A stretch of DNA of 64,000 nt from Spirulina sp. (GTDB lineage Bacteria; Cyanobacteriota; Cyanobacteriia; Phormidesmidales; Phormidesmidaceae): positions 160,001-224,000 of the forward strand of contig JBIPSI010000002.1 of assembly GCA_044070495.1 (NCBI GenBank), written 5' to 3'. Each line of letters begins with the position of its first letter. The first letter of the stretch is position 1. The position numbers and the translations under genes are program-made. Below, piece after piece: positions 39,492 through 50,763 of this stretch. The notes under the pieces are model-generated. The model was not told the DNA's origin and ran no database searches. It saw only the letters and a list, made by a program, of their open reading frames with translations.

Positions 39492-41207
39492 TCACGGTTG
39501 TAGCACTGCCTCCAGGCCTTCTTGGGAGAGGGTTGTGCTGAGGGATAGGGGATAAGGGCCATCGCTGAGGGCTTGCAGAAAGGCCGCCTGCACCATGGGA
39601 CGAAAGCGCTCGTCTTGGTTGAGGGTGAGGTGGAAGTAGGCCAGGGCCAGGGTGCGCATGTAGTACTGGGCTAGATCGGGGCGGGGGCCAACGATATCCG
39701 GGGGAATGGCGATGGGTTGGTCGGCAGCAGCCACATCGCCAATCACCGAAAAGTGGGTGCCAAAGCCAATCAGGGCTAGGTAGCGTTCGGGGGTGGCTAG
39801 CCACGTAAAGGGCTGAATTTGTTCGGGAAAGGCCGGGGCCACGGTGTCGGCGGCACTGCCCACCACCATCACAGGGACGGCAATGCGCTGGTAACCCGTC
39901 GGGCCAAACAGGACGCTGCCCACGGGATTCATGATGAAGATAGATTTCACCCGCGCATCCTGGAGGGGAGGCTGGGGGGGGGCAAGGCTGGTGGCCTGAC
40001 ACTGCAACAGCAGCGATGGGTTGAAGGTTAACACCGCTGGGGGGCAAGCGGTAGTGAGGGCCGTGCGGTCAACGGTGGCCCCCGCCAAGGCCAGGGCTGT
40101 GTAACCTCCAAAGGACTGGCCAATGACACCAATGCGGTTCCCATCGAAGCGAACCGGGAGGGATCCGCTATTCTGAAGCTGCTGGAGCGCATTGAGGGTA
40201 AGGGTGACATCCTGGGGGCGACGGAGAAATTCCTCGTCGGGAACCACGTTGTCGGTGCGCCCCTCTAGCAGAGCCGCCAGTTGTTCATCGTTGCTGCCCG
40301 CATGGTCGATGGCCACCACCATAAAACCGCCGCTAGCCAGATCGTTCGCGAGGTAGTCGTAGCTATGGCGGTTGCTGCCTAGACCGTGGGAAATCACGAC
40401 CAAGGGAAAGCCATCTGGCGGTGCCGCTTGGCCCTCCCGCAGTTGGGGCAGGTAGAGGTTCGCGGGCTTTTCAAGGCCCTCAATGCGTTGGTTGCGGCGC
40501 TGCACCCCGTAGGCCCGACTGGCTTGGAGCCGCCCCATCAGGGCCGAAAACTCGGCTTCGGTGAGGGGGAGGGCCTCCGCTTCCTGGCGGGACAGATCTT
40601 GCACCAGGTTGACGGCCTGGGTGGACTGAACAATGGCTCGGTTCACCTCCTCCGCCACCACAAAGCCCTCCAAAAGGTCAATGCGGATGGCCTCTAGGGG
40701 ATAGGCCCGCAGAACGTCGAGGAGCGTAATCCCATTTTCCGCGTTGGTGGCCCCCAAAATAATGGCTGCTCGCAGGGCCGAAAAATCGCCGACCCGCGCC
40801 GGGGTGCGCACCACCCGCGTCAGTTCCCGCAGTAGGCGTTCGCCTTGAGGGGTATACAAAAACTGCGCAATGCCCACTAGCCGAAGATCCTGGGCAGGGG
40901 CCGTCAGTGCCTGCTGGGCCTGTTTAAGCTGGGCTGGGGTGAGCTGGAGGTAGCGGTTGTAGGCTTGCAGTTGGGGGGTGAGCTGCCCTGTGGCAGCGAA
41001 GGCTTCAATATCGGCCATAGAGACCGTGCGCTCTAGGGCACCGTAGGAAATGATCAAACGCTCGGCGGCACGGCTAGGTGCGGCCAACAGACACAGCCCC
41101 GCCGTTGCTAGGGAGATCGCCCCATAGCGCCAGCGCGACCACCGCCAGCGCTGACTAGGCCGTTGGGAGGGGGTGATCCCGTCAGTATGTCTAGGGCATT
41201 GCCGCAT
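39492..41207 (-). CDS. DUF1400 alpha/beta hydrolase
   Basis: AAERL..YG, ISHGLGS, GQSFGG nucleophile, THFS; start uncertain. Confidence 0.85.
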   Translation of the reverse strand: MRQCPRHTDGITPSQRPSQRWRWSRWRYGAISLATAGLCLLAAPSRAAERLIISYGALERTVSMADIEAFAATGQLTPQLQAYNRYLQLTPAQLKQAQQALTAPAQDLRLVGIAQFLYTPQGERLLRELTRVVRTPARVGDFSALRAAIILGATNAENGITLLDVLRAYPLEAIRIDLLEGFVVAEEVNRAIVQSTQAVNLVQDLSRQEAEALPLTEAEFSALMGRLQASRAYGVQRRNQRIEGLEKPANLYLPQLREGQAAPPDGFPLVVISHGLGSNRHSYDYLANDLASGGFMVVAIDHAGSNDEQLAALLEGRTDNVVPDEEFLRRPQDVTLTLNALQQLQNSGSLPVRFDGNRIGVIGQSFGGYTALALAGATVDRTALTTACPPAVLTFNPSLLLQCQATSLAPPQPPLQDARVKSIFIMNPVGSVLFGPTGYQRIAVPVMVVGSAADTVAPAFPEQIQPFTWLATPERYLALIGFGTHFSVIGDVAAADQPIAIPPDIVGPRPDLAQYYMRTLALAYFHLTLNQDERFRPMVQAAFLQALSDGPYPLSLSTTLSQEGLEAVLQP

Positions 41208-41673
41208 TCCCAACCACCTGATCCAAAAACCCCTCACAGGCATCCATGAGCAGTTCGATAACGTATGTAAAACCTTCCGGGCCACCGTAGTAGGGATCCG
41301 GAACTTCTTTATCGGGATGGGTACGGCAATAGTCGCACATCATTCTGACTTTGTGGCTGTAGGTTTTGGCCAAATCCATGGCCAAGATATCCCGGTAGTT
41401 GTGCCGATCCATCGCCAAAATCCAGTCGAAGCGCTCAAAGTCGGCGGGTTCAAGCTGACGCGCTTGGCCCTTGAGGTCAATGCCAAACTCCTTAGCCGCC
41501 GCCGTCATCCGGCGATCTGGGGGGTTGCCCACATGGTAGCCAGCGGTTCCGGCTGAATCACAGGTTACCTGGTCGCCCCACTGCCGCTGCTGCACCAGAT
41601 GGTTCATGATGTTTTCGGCGGAGGGAGACCGGCAGATGTTGCCAAGACAGACAAATAAAATGCGCGTACTCAT
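41191..41673 (-). CDS. Low-molecular-weight protein-tyrosine phosphatase
   Basis: FVCLGNICRS, DSAGT, VPDPYY. Confidence 0.95.
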   Translation of the reverse strand: MSTRILFVCLGNICRSPSAENIMNHLVQQRQWGDQVTCDSAGTAGYHVGNPPDRRMTAAAKEFGIDLKGQARQLEPADFERFDWILAMDRHNYRDILAMDLAKTYSHKVRMMCDYCRTHPDKEVPDPYYGGPEGFTYVIELLMDACEGFLDQVVGNAAMP

Positions 41674-41790
41674 GGAAGTCTATGCAAAGGATTGGGGAAC
41701 GTCCGACTCAGCCGAGGGAATACCCCCCGCAGCGGCAGGAGGCTAAGGGTTCAGAGCCAGGGGTATTTGCTCAAGTTGGCGTCAGCCTAA

Positions 41791-41921
41791 GAGGGCGTTT
41801 GAAAAGGGTTGCCTCAGGTGCGATTGGTCGCTAGATCGGTGCAAATCTACGGGATTTTTGACGCTTGAGGCTGACCTCATCGGTATAACTTGGGACAAGC
41901 TTCGGCTTTTCAAACGTCCTC
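41791..41921. mobile_element. MITE (131 bp) with IS5/IS1031-like ends
   Basis: GAGGGCGTTTGAAAAG / CTTTTCAAACGTCCTC (15/16); TAA at 41788-41790 and 41922-41924. Confidence 0.8.
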
Positions 41922-42010
41922 TAAACCTTGGTTTCAGTGACCGATGGCCGTGCCGCTGCCCTCGGCGCATTGCTGCCGCAGACCGCACCACCGCCATCAG
42001 CCTTGTTGTT

Positions 42011-42355
42011 TTAGAGCCCCGGCAGATTGAGACCACCGGTCAACTCCTCCATCCGCTCTCGCATGGTGGAGGTGGATTTCTGGTAGGCATCTTTCATGGC
42101 GGCGGTGATCAAATCCGACAGCACCTCAACCCCTTCATTCAGGGCTTCGGGGGCCAGGGTAATGCCACGGGGCTCTTGGTTGCCGCTCATGGTCACCTTC
42201 ACCAAGCCGCCGCCCGCTTCGCCTTCAATCTCCATTTGCTCTAGCTCTTCCTGGAGCTGTTTGGCCCCTTCTTGAATCTGCTGGGCTTTTTTGAAGGCTT
42301 CGGTAAGCTCCTTCATTTTGCCTAACCCAAACCCAAATCCTTGACCTTGTGACAT
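42011..42355 (-). CDS. YbaB/EbfC nucleoid-associated protein
   Basis: [34 protein letters not shown]. Confidence 0.93.
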   Translation of the reverse strand: MSQGQGFGFGLGKMKELTEAFKKAQQIQEGAKQLQEELEQMEIEGEAGGGLVKVTMSGNQEPRGITLAPEALNEGVEVLSDLITAAMKDAYQKSTSTMRERMEELTGGLNLPGL

Positions 42356-42533
42356 GGAGTTACTCTCGAACGAATGCTAATTACGTGCCCATGGGCTATA
42401 CGATTTTAGCGTCCAGTGGCTTTAGCGCCCAGTGGCGATTTCCAGGGGTGTTGTGGTCGCGGGGAAGCCGTTAGCCCATCCGTGATCACCGTGGTTAGTA
42501 TTCAGTGGCAAAGAAAGCCCCAATCCGAGGAGG

Positions 42534-43415
42534 CTAGGGGGAGTTAAGGCGATCCTGGAGGGAGGTGGGGCCAATATCTTGCAGGGTATAGCCCTGGGGG
42601 TAGGTGCGGATGGCTTGATCCACAAAAAAGTCCGGCTCGGTGCGAGGTGGTCTACGCCGCAGCAGGTGACTGCGGGCAGTGAGGGCCACCTTAGCCGCAG
42701 TCTGAAGCCAAGTCGGTGCAGGCTCCCAGCCCAGGGCCTTGATCAAGGCTTCATCTAGAAGGGCCGGAATACCGCCGTTGACGACACCCCGAAGCGGCGA
42801 CGGAAACCAGGACAACAGCATGGCGCGAGTGGCATTGGCCACCCGTTGGTTGCTGGGGTGGTGGGCAAAGTGCTGGGCTTCGTAGGCTTGGTTGAACTGC
42901 TCAAAGGCCTCATAGCTGGGCGGAATCTCCCGCAGCCCCATGTGCAGCCCCACCGCCTGCCAAAAGTAATAGCAGGCGAGCTTTTCGCTGTCGCAGGGGG
43001 GCCGCCAGCCAAAGCGATCCAACCAGCGAATCGGCTCGTAGATAAAGGTAGACAGGACGTAGAGAAAGTCCTCGTTGGCAATGGCGTAGTGGCCATGGAT
43101 GGCATTCATGCGCTGAATAAAGGCCATCCCCCTAGGGCTGTCGTAACCCTGCTTGAAGACTTCCGAGACCACAATGCCCGTGTCGTCGTAGCGCTTTTGG
43201 GCGTGGTGCTGAAATTCCCCCGTGCGGTCTAGCAATTGGGCAATGCTGGGCACACAAAAGGTTCGCAGCAGCGCCACTTCTAGGGATCGCGTCATGTCCC
43301 AGGGAAACTCATAGCCCGCCATCAGGTGACAAATACGCTGATGATCGACCTGGGGATCAAGCTGTTGAATGTGGCGCAGCGTTGCATAGCGATCCATTGC
43401 CCTACTCCATGTCAC
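42534..43415 (-). CDS. MpaB/DUF2236 oxygenase family protein
   Basis: RTFCVPSI..LL..TG, KRYDDT, MNAIH, YVLSTF. Confidence 0.85.
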   Translation of the reverse strand: MTWSRAMDRYATLRHIQQLDPQVDHQRICHLMAGYEFPWDMTRSLEVALLRTFCVPSIAQLLDRTGEFQHHAQKRYDDTGIVVSEVFKQGYDSPRGMAFIQRMNAIHGHYAIANEDFLYVLSTFIYEPIRWLDRFGWRPPCDSEKLACYYFWQAVGLHMGLREIPPSYEAFEQFNQAYEAQHFAHHPSNQRVANATRAMLLSWFPSPLRGVVNGGIPALLDEALIKALGWEPAPTWLQTAAKVALTARSHLLRRRPPRTEPDFFVDQAIRTYPQGYTLQDIGPTSLQDRLNSP

Positions 43416-43453
43416 CCCAAGACCGCCGATTCACGGTTTTTCTCAGGATAACG

Positions 43454-44137
43454 TCAGTCGGCGTCTAGGGCATTGACATACTGGCTGACCAGGCTGTCTA
43501 TCCCGGTGATGGCGGTGCCCACCACCACCGCATAGGCTCCGGCCTCTAGGGCCGCACGGGCCATTTCTGGGGAGGCAATCCCCCCCTCGCACAGGACGGG
43601 CACCCCACAGCGGTCTACCATAGCCCGCAGCAGATCGAGGCTAGGAGGCGTTTCCGTTTGGGTGGCCTCGGTGTAGCCAAACAGGGTGGTGCCGACGCAA
43701 TCAGCCCCGGCTTCAACGGCCAGCAGAGCATTTTCTAGGCTGTCCACATCGGCCATCACGGGCTTGTGGAGGTGGGTGTGAATGTAGTGAATCAGATCGG
43801 CAAGGGTTTCTTGCCCAGGACGGGGGCGCTGGGTGGCATCCACCGCAATAATGTCGCTACCCGCTTGGGCGACGGCCTCGGCATGGTGGGCCTGGGGGGT
43901 GATATACACCGACGACGGCGGCAACACCTGTTTCCACAGGCCAATGATCGGCTGGCTGAGCCGACTTCGCACCGCCTGAATGTGGCTGGGGGAATCGATC
44001 CGCACGCCAACTGCCCCCCGCTGCACCGCCGCCGCCGCCATGGCCGCAATCACCTCAGGATGGTGTAGCGGTGAGGAAGCCGGGGCCTGACAGGACACCA
44101 CCAACCCACCCTGAATCCCCTGCAAACTTGCATTCAC
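43454..44137 (-). CDS. nanE: N-acetylmannosamine-6-phosphate 2-epimerase
   Basis: GLVVSCQA, PIIGLWK, YITP, GTTLFGYT, EGGI, VVGTAIT. Confidence 0.92.
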   Translation of the reverse strand: MNASLQGIQGGLVVSCQAPASSPLHHPEVIAAMAAAAVQRGAVGVRIDSPSHIQAVRSRLSQPIIGLWKQVLPPSSVYITPQAHHAEAVAQAGSDIIAVDATQRPRPGQETLADLIHYIHTHLHKPVMADVDSLENALLAVEAGADCVGTTLFGYTEATQTETPPSLDLLRAMVDRCGVPVLCEGGIASPEMARAALEAGAYAVVVGTAITGIDSLVSQYVNALDAD

Positions 44138-44296
44138 GCGACAAACTCTCTTTTTTAGATATTTTTCCTAATCGATAACAGATTCCCGATGCCGAACGGA
44201 CTCCCGGTATCGATGCGAGTATACGGTGTGGACTTCTCCTTGCGAAAGGGCTTCACTACGGGGTAATCCTACATTCTGATTAATTGCCGCTGATTT

Positions 44297-44319
44297 GGAC
44301 GGGGAGACCCCGTCCCTAC
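44297..44319 (-). repeat. GTAG-type REP-like hairpin
   Basis: Minus strand GTAG-GGACGGGG-TCT-CCCCGTCC just downstream of the CocE gene. Confidence 0.6.
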
Positions 44320-44322
44320 AGG

Positions 44323-46134
44323 TTATGGGGTTGGGGCCTGGGGTTGGACATCGGTAGACAGGAGGGGGAGATGCAGGCAGGAGGCCCAGTCTGCCCCATG
44401 CCATAGGGTGAGGGTAATGATGCGGTGATTGATTTGGGGCGTGAAGTTTCCTTCGTCCCCGGTGCCGCTGTTGACGGGGTAGGCCGGAAAGGCCGCAGCA
44501 GCCACACTAAGCCGGAGGGCGTGGCCGGGGGGCAGGGTGAAACAGGTAGTTTGCAGCGCTAGGGAAAGGGCCTGGGGGGTAGGTTGACCCGATATTGGAT
44601 TCGATTCTGTGAGGTTCTCTGCCCCTGCGAGGTTATCTGATCCTCCGAGGTGAATGGGATTCTCTGACAACCTAAACCGACCGTAGCCCTGGGTGAGGTT
44701 GAAGGCACGACCATCGGGGTAGACCTCGGAGAGGACGGCACTGAGGTCTACGCTGGGGGCATCGGCGGTGAGGTAGAGGGTGAGGGTGGGGGTGCCCGTA
44801 ACCTTTAGGAAATCCGCGAGGGGTGGGGTGCTGTAGGTGAGGACATCACTGCGGCCATCGAGGGCGGCGCGGTCGAAACTGCCGGAGGGAATGCCGCTGT
44901 GGCCCCCTAGGGAAGGCACGGGTCGCCAGGGGTCGTGGACGATGACATCGTAGCTAGCGGGAAGATTCACGGTCTTGGGAGATAGGTGCCCATCATCGAG
45001 GCGCATTCCGGCCAGTCCGCTGCTATGGAGGTAGTAGGGGGTGGAGTGCGCTTGAGGCCAGTGGAGCCAGTCTTGCCAGCGGTTGGTGCCCATAGCAAAC
45101 AACCGCACCGGAGAATCCTGGCTTAGCCCTTCATCCTGGCCTTTCAAATCCTGACCCTTCAACCAGTGGTTAAACCAGCGCAGTTGTAGCCGATCCACCG
45201 GGTTATCGGCCTCTGGGCCAAAGTCCCTCGCGCCCACCCGCCGACTCCAGGGCAAATGCCCCCAGGGGCCAATCCACAGGTATTGGGGGGCCTGACTCTG
45301 GGCCTGCATCTGGTGATACAGCCGCAGGGTGCCGCGTAGGTAGGGGTCGAACCAGCCGCCTAGGTGCAACATCGGCAAATCCACCCCGGTCAAATCGGGA
45401 TGCAGGGCTTGCCAGTAGGCATCGGGGTTGGGGTGGTTGCGCCACAGGTGAAAAAACGAGTCGGGGGCCAGGTCTCGCAACAGGTCAGGATCGGCGGGAT
45501 TTGGGGCATCCAGGGGAAGCTGGTGGCCCGCCTGATACAGGGCGTGGTAGGCCGCTGCATCCCCCGACCGCCGAGCCGTTTCCGCCGCCAGTTGGAAAGC
45601 CCAGCCCAGCCCAGCCTGCAACAGCAACGCCCCATTTTCGTAGGCCCAGTCGGCATAGAGGTCGTAGCCCACCATGGCCGGAGCGATGGCCTTCAGCGGT
45701 TCTGGGCGGCGGGCGGCGGCATAGAGTTGGGTCATGCCCTGGTAGGAAAAGCCATACATGCCCACTTCGCCGCTGCTTTTGGGCAGGTTGGCGGCCCACA
45801 GCACCGTGGCATAGCCATCGTCCGCCTCGTCCTCAAACAGGCGAAACGTGCCGCCAGAACTGCCCCGCCCCCGCACATCCTGAATCACCACAAGGTAGCC
45901 GTGGCTGGCATACCAGGTGGGATGGGCATAGACCACGGTGGAGGCAATGGCCCGTCCGTAGGGCTGTCGCATCAGCAGAACAGGGAATGGCCCTGGCCCG
46001 TCGGGGTAGTAGACATCGGCCTCTAGGGTGATGGAGGAAGGGGGGAGTCGGGAGTCGGGAGTTGGGGAAGGGGGGAGTGACCCTGGCAGGGTGAGGGTCA
46101 GTACTTGCTTTGGACAAACGGTGTATGGCCCCAT
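44323..46134 (-). CDS. CocE/NonD family hydrolase
   Basis: QDVRGRGSS, GFSYQG, GGWFD, GPWGH; short heptamer repeat insert (PTPDSRLP) near the N-terminus. Confidence 0.9.
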   Translation of the reverse strand: MGPYTVCPKQVLTLTLPGSLPPSPTPDSRLPPSSITLEADVYYPDGPGPFPVLLMRQPYGRAIASTVVYAHPTWYASHGYLVVIQDVRGRGSSGGTFRLFEDEADDGYATVLWAANLPKSSGEVGMYGFSYQGMTQLYAAARRPEPLKAIAPAMVGYDLYADWAYENGALLLQAGLGWAFQLAAETARRSGDAAAYHALYQAGHQLPLDAPNPADPDLLRDLAPDSFFHLWRNHPNPDAYWQALHPDLTGVDLPMLHLGGWFDPYLRGTLRLYHQMQAQSQAPQYLWIGPWGHLPWSRRVGARDFGPEADNPVDRLQLRWFNHWLKGQDLKGQDEGLSQDSPVRLFAMGTNRWQDWLHWPQAHSTPYYLHSSGLAGMRLDDGHLSPKTVNLPASYDVIVHDPWRPVPSLGGHSGIPSGSFDRAALDGRSDVLTYSTPPLADFLKVTGTPTLTLYLTADAPSVDLSAVLSEVYPDGRAFNLTQGYGRFRLSENPIHLGGSDNLAGAENLTESNPISGQPTPQALSLALQTTCFTLPPGHALRLSVAAAAFPAYPVNSGTGDEGNFTPQINHRIITLTLWHGADWASCLHLPLLSTDVQPQAPTP

Positions 46135-46377
46135 GGATCGTGGTGTAAAAAGTAGTGTGAGCAGTGGTGTGAACAGTTGTCAGGCGCTTAATCCCAGTGT
46201 GACCTAGTCAGGGCGTGACCTAGTTAGGGAGAAGGGCAGGCGGCCAAGGGGAAATCCCTGGGGCAACAGTTCGGCTTTCAATACCTAGGCAATCCCATAA
46301 TCTCTGACAGAATAGAGCCGTGGGTTGCTCGGTAGCCCGCTGATTCACCCCCATCCTCGCGGAGGAGCGCTTAAATT

Positions 46378-46701
46378 ATGGATACCAACAACCTGCTACG
46401 GCAATTGCTAATGATTGGCGTGGGCACCACCTCCCTGGTGGCGGAGCGGCTGAAGCAGGTGACCGAGGACTGGGTGCGGGAGGGCAAGTTTAACCCCGAC
46501 CAGGCCAAGGGCTTTGTGGATGAGGTGATGGCCCAACTCAACGTGAACAATGCCGCCCTCGAAGATCAGTTTCAGCGGCTATTTCGCAACACGCTTCAAG
46601 ATTTGGGTGTGCCCCGACAGGCGGAAATGGACGAACTGCGGGGTCGTCTCGACCGCCTAGAACGGCAGATGCGCGATCTAGAAAACCGCACCTGGAAGTA
46701 A
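46378..46701 (+). CDS. Phasin-family protein
   Basis: GVGTTSL, LGVPRQAEMDELRGRLDRLE. Confidence 0.75.
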   Translation: MDTNNLLRQLLMIGVGTTSLVAERLKQVTEDWVREGKFNPDQAKGFVDEVMAQLNVNNAALEDQFQRLFRNTLQDLGVPRQAEMDELRGRLDRLERQMRDLENRTWK

Positions 46702-46714
46702 GTCGGTCGCGAGT

Positions 46715-47665
46715 TCAATAGGCGGGCTGATCGGGGGGAGGGACAAAACCAGGGGGTAGCGGGCTGAGTTGTCCGGTATACACCAGGGTTTGGCGCAGCA
46801 TAGCGACGACTTCGGCACGGCTGGCGTTGCGATTGGGTTCTAGGCGCTTGACCTGGGGGTAGCGCGTCACCAAATTGGCCTCTAGGGTGGCAATTAGGGC
46901 GGGTTTGGCCCAGGCGGGCACTTGATCCGTATCCAGGTAATCTCGCAGCACCCGATCTGGACTGCTGCTCGACTTGAGGTTTAGCCCATTGGCGAGGGCC
47001 AACATCACCTGAAGCCGAGTCACAGCCTCGTCAGGACGGAAGGTGCCATCGGGATAACCCGTGAGAAACCCCTGCTCAACGGCGGCTTGAATATGGGGAA
47101 CCGCCCAGTGGTTAGCATCAACGTCGGTATAGGCGGTGGGGCGAAGTTCCTGGGGCGTGAGGACAAAAAGGCGGCTAAGCTGGGCGGCAAATTCGGCTCG
47201 GCTCATCGGATCATTGGGGCGAAAGGTGCCGTCGGGGAAGCCCTTAATGAATCGTCGCTGGGCGAGGTCTTCTAGAATTGGAGCCGCCCAGGGGGCAAGG
47301 TCAAGGTCGTTAAAAGAAGGGCGGGGCGACTGACTGGGGTTGGATGGCCACACCTCCTGGGGGGAGAGGGGTTGTAGCATCGGCGGTGGCGGAATCTCCA
47401 GGGGCGGGGCGGGGCGAACCCTAAGGGATGCCAAAAGACGCAGGGGATTTGGGAAACCGGGAACGGTCACCTGATCGACGGGGTGATCGCCTGGGAGATC
47501 GGAATTCAGGTGGGTTTGGTTAGAAGGGTGCTGCCGTTGCCGTTGCCAAAACCCTCCGGTGATGCCCGCCGCCACCCCCATAATCAGCACCGCTAGGGCG
47601 AATTTTGGCTGGAGACGAGCAGAACGTCGTTTGAACCCTGGCAAAGACGGCATGGGTACCCCCAC
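46715..47665 (-). CDS. S-layer homology (SLH) domain protein
   Basis: GFPDGTFRP..SRAE, GYPDGTFRP..TR, ASRAE. Confidence 0.88.
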   Translation of the reverse strand: MGVPMPSLPGFKRRSARLQPKFALAVLIMGVAAGITGGFWQRQRQHPSNQTHLNSDLPGDHPVDQVTVPGFPNPLRLLASLRVRPAPPLEIPPPPMLQPLSPQEVWPSNPSQSPRPSFNDLDLAPWAAPILEDLAQRRFIKGFPDGTFRPNDPMSRAEFAAQLSRLFVLTPQELRPTAYTDVDANHWAVPHIQAAVEQGFLTGYPDGTFRPDEAVTRLQVMLALANGLNLKSSSSPDRVLRDYLDTDQVPAWAKPALIATLEANLVTRYPQVKRLEPNRNASRAEVVAMLRQTLVYTGQLSPLPPGFVPPPDQPAY

Positions 47666-48038
47666 AACACAGGCAAGCTAAGGCTAGCGCAGTTTTTAAG
47701 GTTTGACGTTGTTGCCTCGCCCTGGGGATGGGCCGTGGGGATAGGCAGAACAGATGGGCGAAGAAGAATGGGACAAAACGAGGGAAAAGTCAGTTTAGTG
47801 GGTAAGTATACTGGATCGGTGCAGCGGTTGTGGTCTCATTTTGGCAGGTCAGACTTGGCGCAGATCTTCCTTAACAGGGCAGAACCAACTAGGGCGGAAC
47901 AGGACGACAACTCAGCCATGCGCCGAGTAGAGGCGATCCCTGGGCGATCCCCAACGCTAACCCGTCCATCGCGCCTAGTCTATACTGCTGATAGTCTGTC
48001 AGAACGATGACTCGAAGTTCCCATTGTCGGAAAAGCAT

Positions 48039-48768
48039 GAAACAGCGTATCGGACAACTCACTCTATTGACCATGGCAGCCCTAACCGGGGCAATCATGA
48101 TATCCCTGGGGCCGAGGATGGCTTCCCCCCAGGCCATGGCCAAACCCTCCCCCGGACAGGTTGCCGCCGCTACGCCCATCCCAGTCTATCGTCCCCAAGC
48201 CCCCATTCTGCTTCAGGGGGTGGTGGCTCCCCTCAATTCCCTGCGCCTGATGAAGCGGGCCTTGGCTGTAGCCGAGGATCCCAACAGTCGCACAGGCCTG
48301 CCCCTGCTGGATATCCTCAACGAACCCCTCAAAACAACGGGCCTTGGCCCCATTCAAATTGGCATGACCCTCGATGAGCTAGCGGACACCGGCCTGACAC
48401 CCATCGCCATGGATGGGTTAGGTCAGGGTGCTTGCCAGTACTATCGCATTCAGGGCAACAGCGAACCCATCGGCTTGATGGTTATTGATGATCGCATTCT
48501 GCGTATAGATGTGTGGCCCGGGAGCTTAATTGAAACGCGCAGTGGCGCAAAAATTGGCTCCACGGAGGCCGATCTGGTACGGCTCTACGAAGGTCGGCTC
48601 GAAGCCACCGCCAACCCCGTTACCCTGGGTAAGACTATTGTTTTTAGGCCCAGGGATCCCGGAGAAGATCTCTTTCGCCTCGTGTTTGAGACCGATGACC
48701 GAGGGCAGGTGGTGCAGTATCGTGCCGGACAGTTTCCCTCGGTGACTTGGCCAGAGGGATGTCTGTAG
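48039..48768 (+). CDS. Secreted hypothetical protein
   Basis: Signal-like N-terminus; GLGPIQIGMT, TRSGAKIGS, EGC end; start uncertain. Confidence 0.65.
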
Positions 48769-48902
48769 GGTCTCGGCTTCAACTGGCTCTAGAGGGTGCA
48801 TTGCTTCGAGTGTAGTCAGCCCTTCGGGCATGGCGGACGCTAGGGCGCTAGCCTTGCCTTGACGTTATGCATCCTACGCCTGTTGACACGACCTGGAAGA
48901 AG

Positions 48903-50351
48903 CTAGGGTTCTTGCTGAGCTTTCTGAGCTTTGTATTTTTCTTTGAAAATGGCCTGCTGGATTTTGTGATCGACGATAGGGGTGGGATAGCCCAGGCGAT
49001 CACCGATCTGCGCCGGAATCTTCCCAGTCACCAAGACCTGGGTATCGAGGGATTTTAGCTCCGGCACCCACTGGCGGATGTAGTCGCCATCGGGGTCAAA
49101 CTTTTGGGCTTGGCTGGCGGGGTTGAAGATCCGCAGGGGCTTTGGATCCATACCGCTGGAGGCGCTCCATTGCCAGCCGCCGTTGTTAGCCGCCAGATCG
49201 CCATCCACCAGGGTTTGCATAAAGTACTTTTCGCCCCACTGCCAGTTGATGATCAGGTCTTTGGTCAAAAAGCTGGCCACAATCATGCGGCAGCGGTTGT
49301 GCATCCAGCCCGTTTCCCGCAGTTGACGCATGGCGGCATCCACGATGGGGTAGCCCGTACGGCCCTCACACCAGGCGGCGAACTGGTCTTCGTCGTTAAC
49401 CCAGGGAAAGGTTTTCCACTGGGGACGATAGGGGCCATCGGCCAGTTCTGGGAAGGCGTAGAGAACGTGCTGATAAAACTCGCGCCAAGCGATCTCCTGC
49501 TGCCAGGTTTGCACATTGTCGCGGGCTTCGTCGCTGCGGCAGCGGTCGTAGGCTTCGGCGGCGGCGGCCCACAGGGTTCGGATGCCAATGGCCCCAAACT
49601 TGAGGGCGGCGCTGAGCCGGGAGGTGCCATCGACGGCGGGGAAATTGCGCTGTTCGTCGTAGGTGCCGATGGCGTGGTCGTCGTCGCAAAATTCCAGCAG
49701 CCGTGCCTGGGCGGCTTCCTCCCCCGGTTCAACGGGAAAGCCGTTGTCCCACAGAAAACCCAAGTCCTTAGCGGTGGGTAGCGGCAGACACCCCACCGTT
49801 TTGGCCGTCTGACGTTCGACCTCGCTGAGTCCTTGAAGTTTGGCAGGAGCAGCTACGGGGGCGAGCTTGACTCGCCTGTTCCAGTTCTTCCAGAAGGGGC
49901 CGTAGACGGTATAGGGCTGGCCTGCCCCGGTGCAAACCTCCCCCGGTGCGTGGAGGAGTTGATCCCAGAACACCGTTTCGTAGGCGACCCCCACCGCCTT
50001 TAACCCCTCGACCACCGCCTTATCTCGCTGACGGGAGTAGGGTTCCACATCCCGGTTCCAGTAGACTGCCGTGGCTCTGAGGGCCTGGGCAAGGGCGGGA
50101 ATTTTCTGGCGGGGATCCCCCTGGAGAATGAGCAGATCACTGCCCAGTTGGGCGTAGCGCTGTTGAAGCTGCTCTAGACAGCCAATCATATAGGCCACCC
50201 GCACCGGGGCAACCTCATCCCCTTGCAGCAAGCCTGGATCCAGGCAGAATAGGCCCACCACTTTGGGACTGCGTTCACGGGCAGCGGCGAGGCCCAGGTT
50301 ATCCGCGAGGCGCAGGTCGCGACGATGCCAAAAAAGGATTAAATCTGCCAT
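48903..50351 (-). CDS. CPD photolyase / cryptochrome family protein
   Basis: [52 protein letters not shown]. Confidence 0.93.
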   Translation of the reverse strand: MADLILFWHRRDLRLADNLGLAAARERSPKVVGLFCLDPGLLQGDEVAPVRVAYMIGCLEQLQQRYAQLGSDLLILQGDPRQKIPALAQALRATAVYWNRDVEPYSRQRDKAVVEGLKAVGVAYETVFWDQLLHAPGEVCTGAGQPYTVYGPFWKNWNRRVKLAPVAAPAKLQGLSEVERQTAKTVGCLPLPTAKDLGFLWDNGFPVEPGEEAAQARLLEFCDDDHAIGTYDEQRNFPAVDGTSRLSAALKFGAIGIRTLWAAAAEAYDRCRSDEARDNVQTWQQEIAWREFYQHVLYAFPELADGPYRPQWKTFPWVNDEDQFAAWCEGRTGYPIVDAAMRQLRETGWMHNRCRMIVASFLTKDLIINWQWGEKYFMQTLVDGDLAANNGGWQWSASSGMDPKPLRIFNPASQAQKFDPDGDYIRQWVPELKSLDTQVLVTGKIPAQIGDRLGYPTPIVDHKIQQAIFKEKYKAQKAQQEP

Positions 50352-50488
50352 TAAAAACGCTCGAAGCACAGGAATGCCGGGTTACAGTATAGTCCTGAAT
50401 TTGGCGTCCTTGCAGCGGCGGATCTGGCCTAGGTTTGGCCCTCGCGGCAACCGCCACTTCCCCCAGACCCTTTCCAGGAGACCTTGCC

Positions 50489-50653
50489 ATGCAGCAGAAC
50501 AAATTGATCATCACCAGCACCTTCCAGGGCTACCTCACCTTTTTGGCCGAAACCCAGCCCAGCCTCTCCCCAGAGGTGGCCTGCCAGGTGGCCGCTGTGC
50601 TCACCCAGGCGGAATTTAGCCTGCAAATGGCCGAAAATACCCGTAAAGCCTAG
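50489..50653 (+). CDS. Small hypothetical protein
   Basis: GGAG RBS before ATG 50489; 54 aa. Confidence 0.4.
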   Translation: MQQNKLIITSTFQGYLTFLAETQPSLSPEVACQVAAVLTQAEFSLQMAENTRKA

Positions 50654-50677
50654 GCCAAATCGTCAACAACAAGGCGT

Positions 50678-50713
50678 AAAAAAACGGGTCTGGGGCCAAG
50701 GCCACCACACCCG
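50678..50713 (-). terminator. Probable intrinsic terminator after the DUF1028 gene
   Basis: Minus strand CGGGTGTGGTGGCC-TT-GGCCCCAGACCCG followed by T7. Confidence 0.5.
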
Positions 50714-50763
50714 CTAGTGTCAGACGTAACTCGGAATCAGCGGTACCGCCAAGCCCGACGGCC

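Noticed and set aside
45364..49781. Long antisense ORFs (45364-46026, 49104-49781 and similar)
   Set aside because: Shadow ORFs of well-supported GC-rich genes, with no motifs
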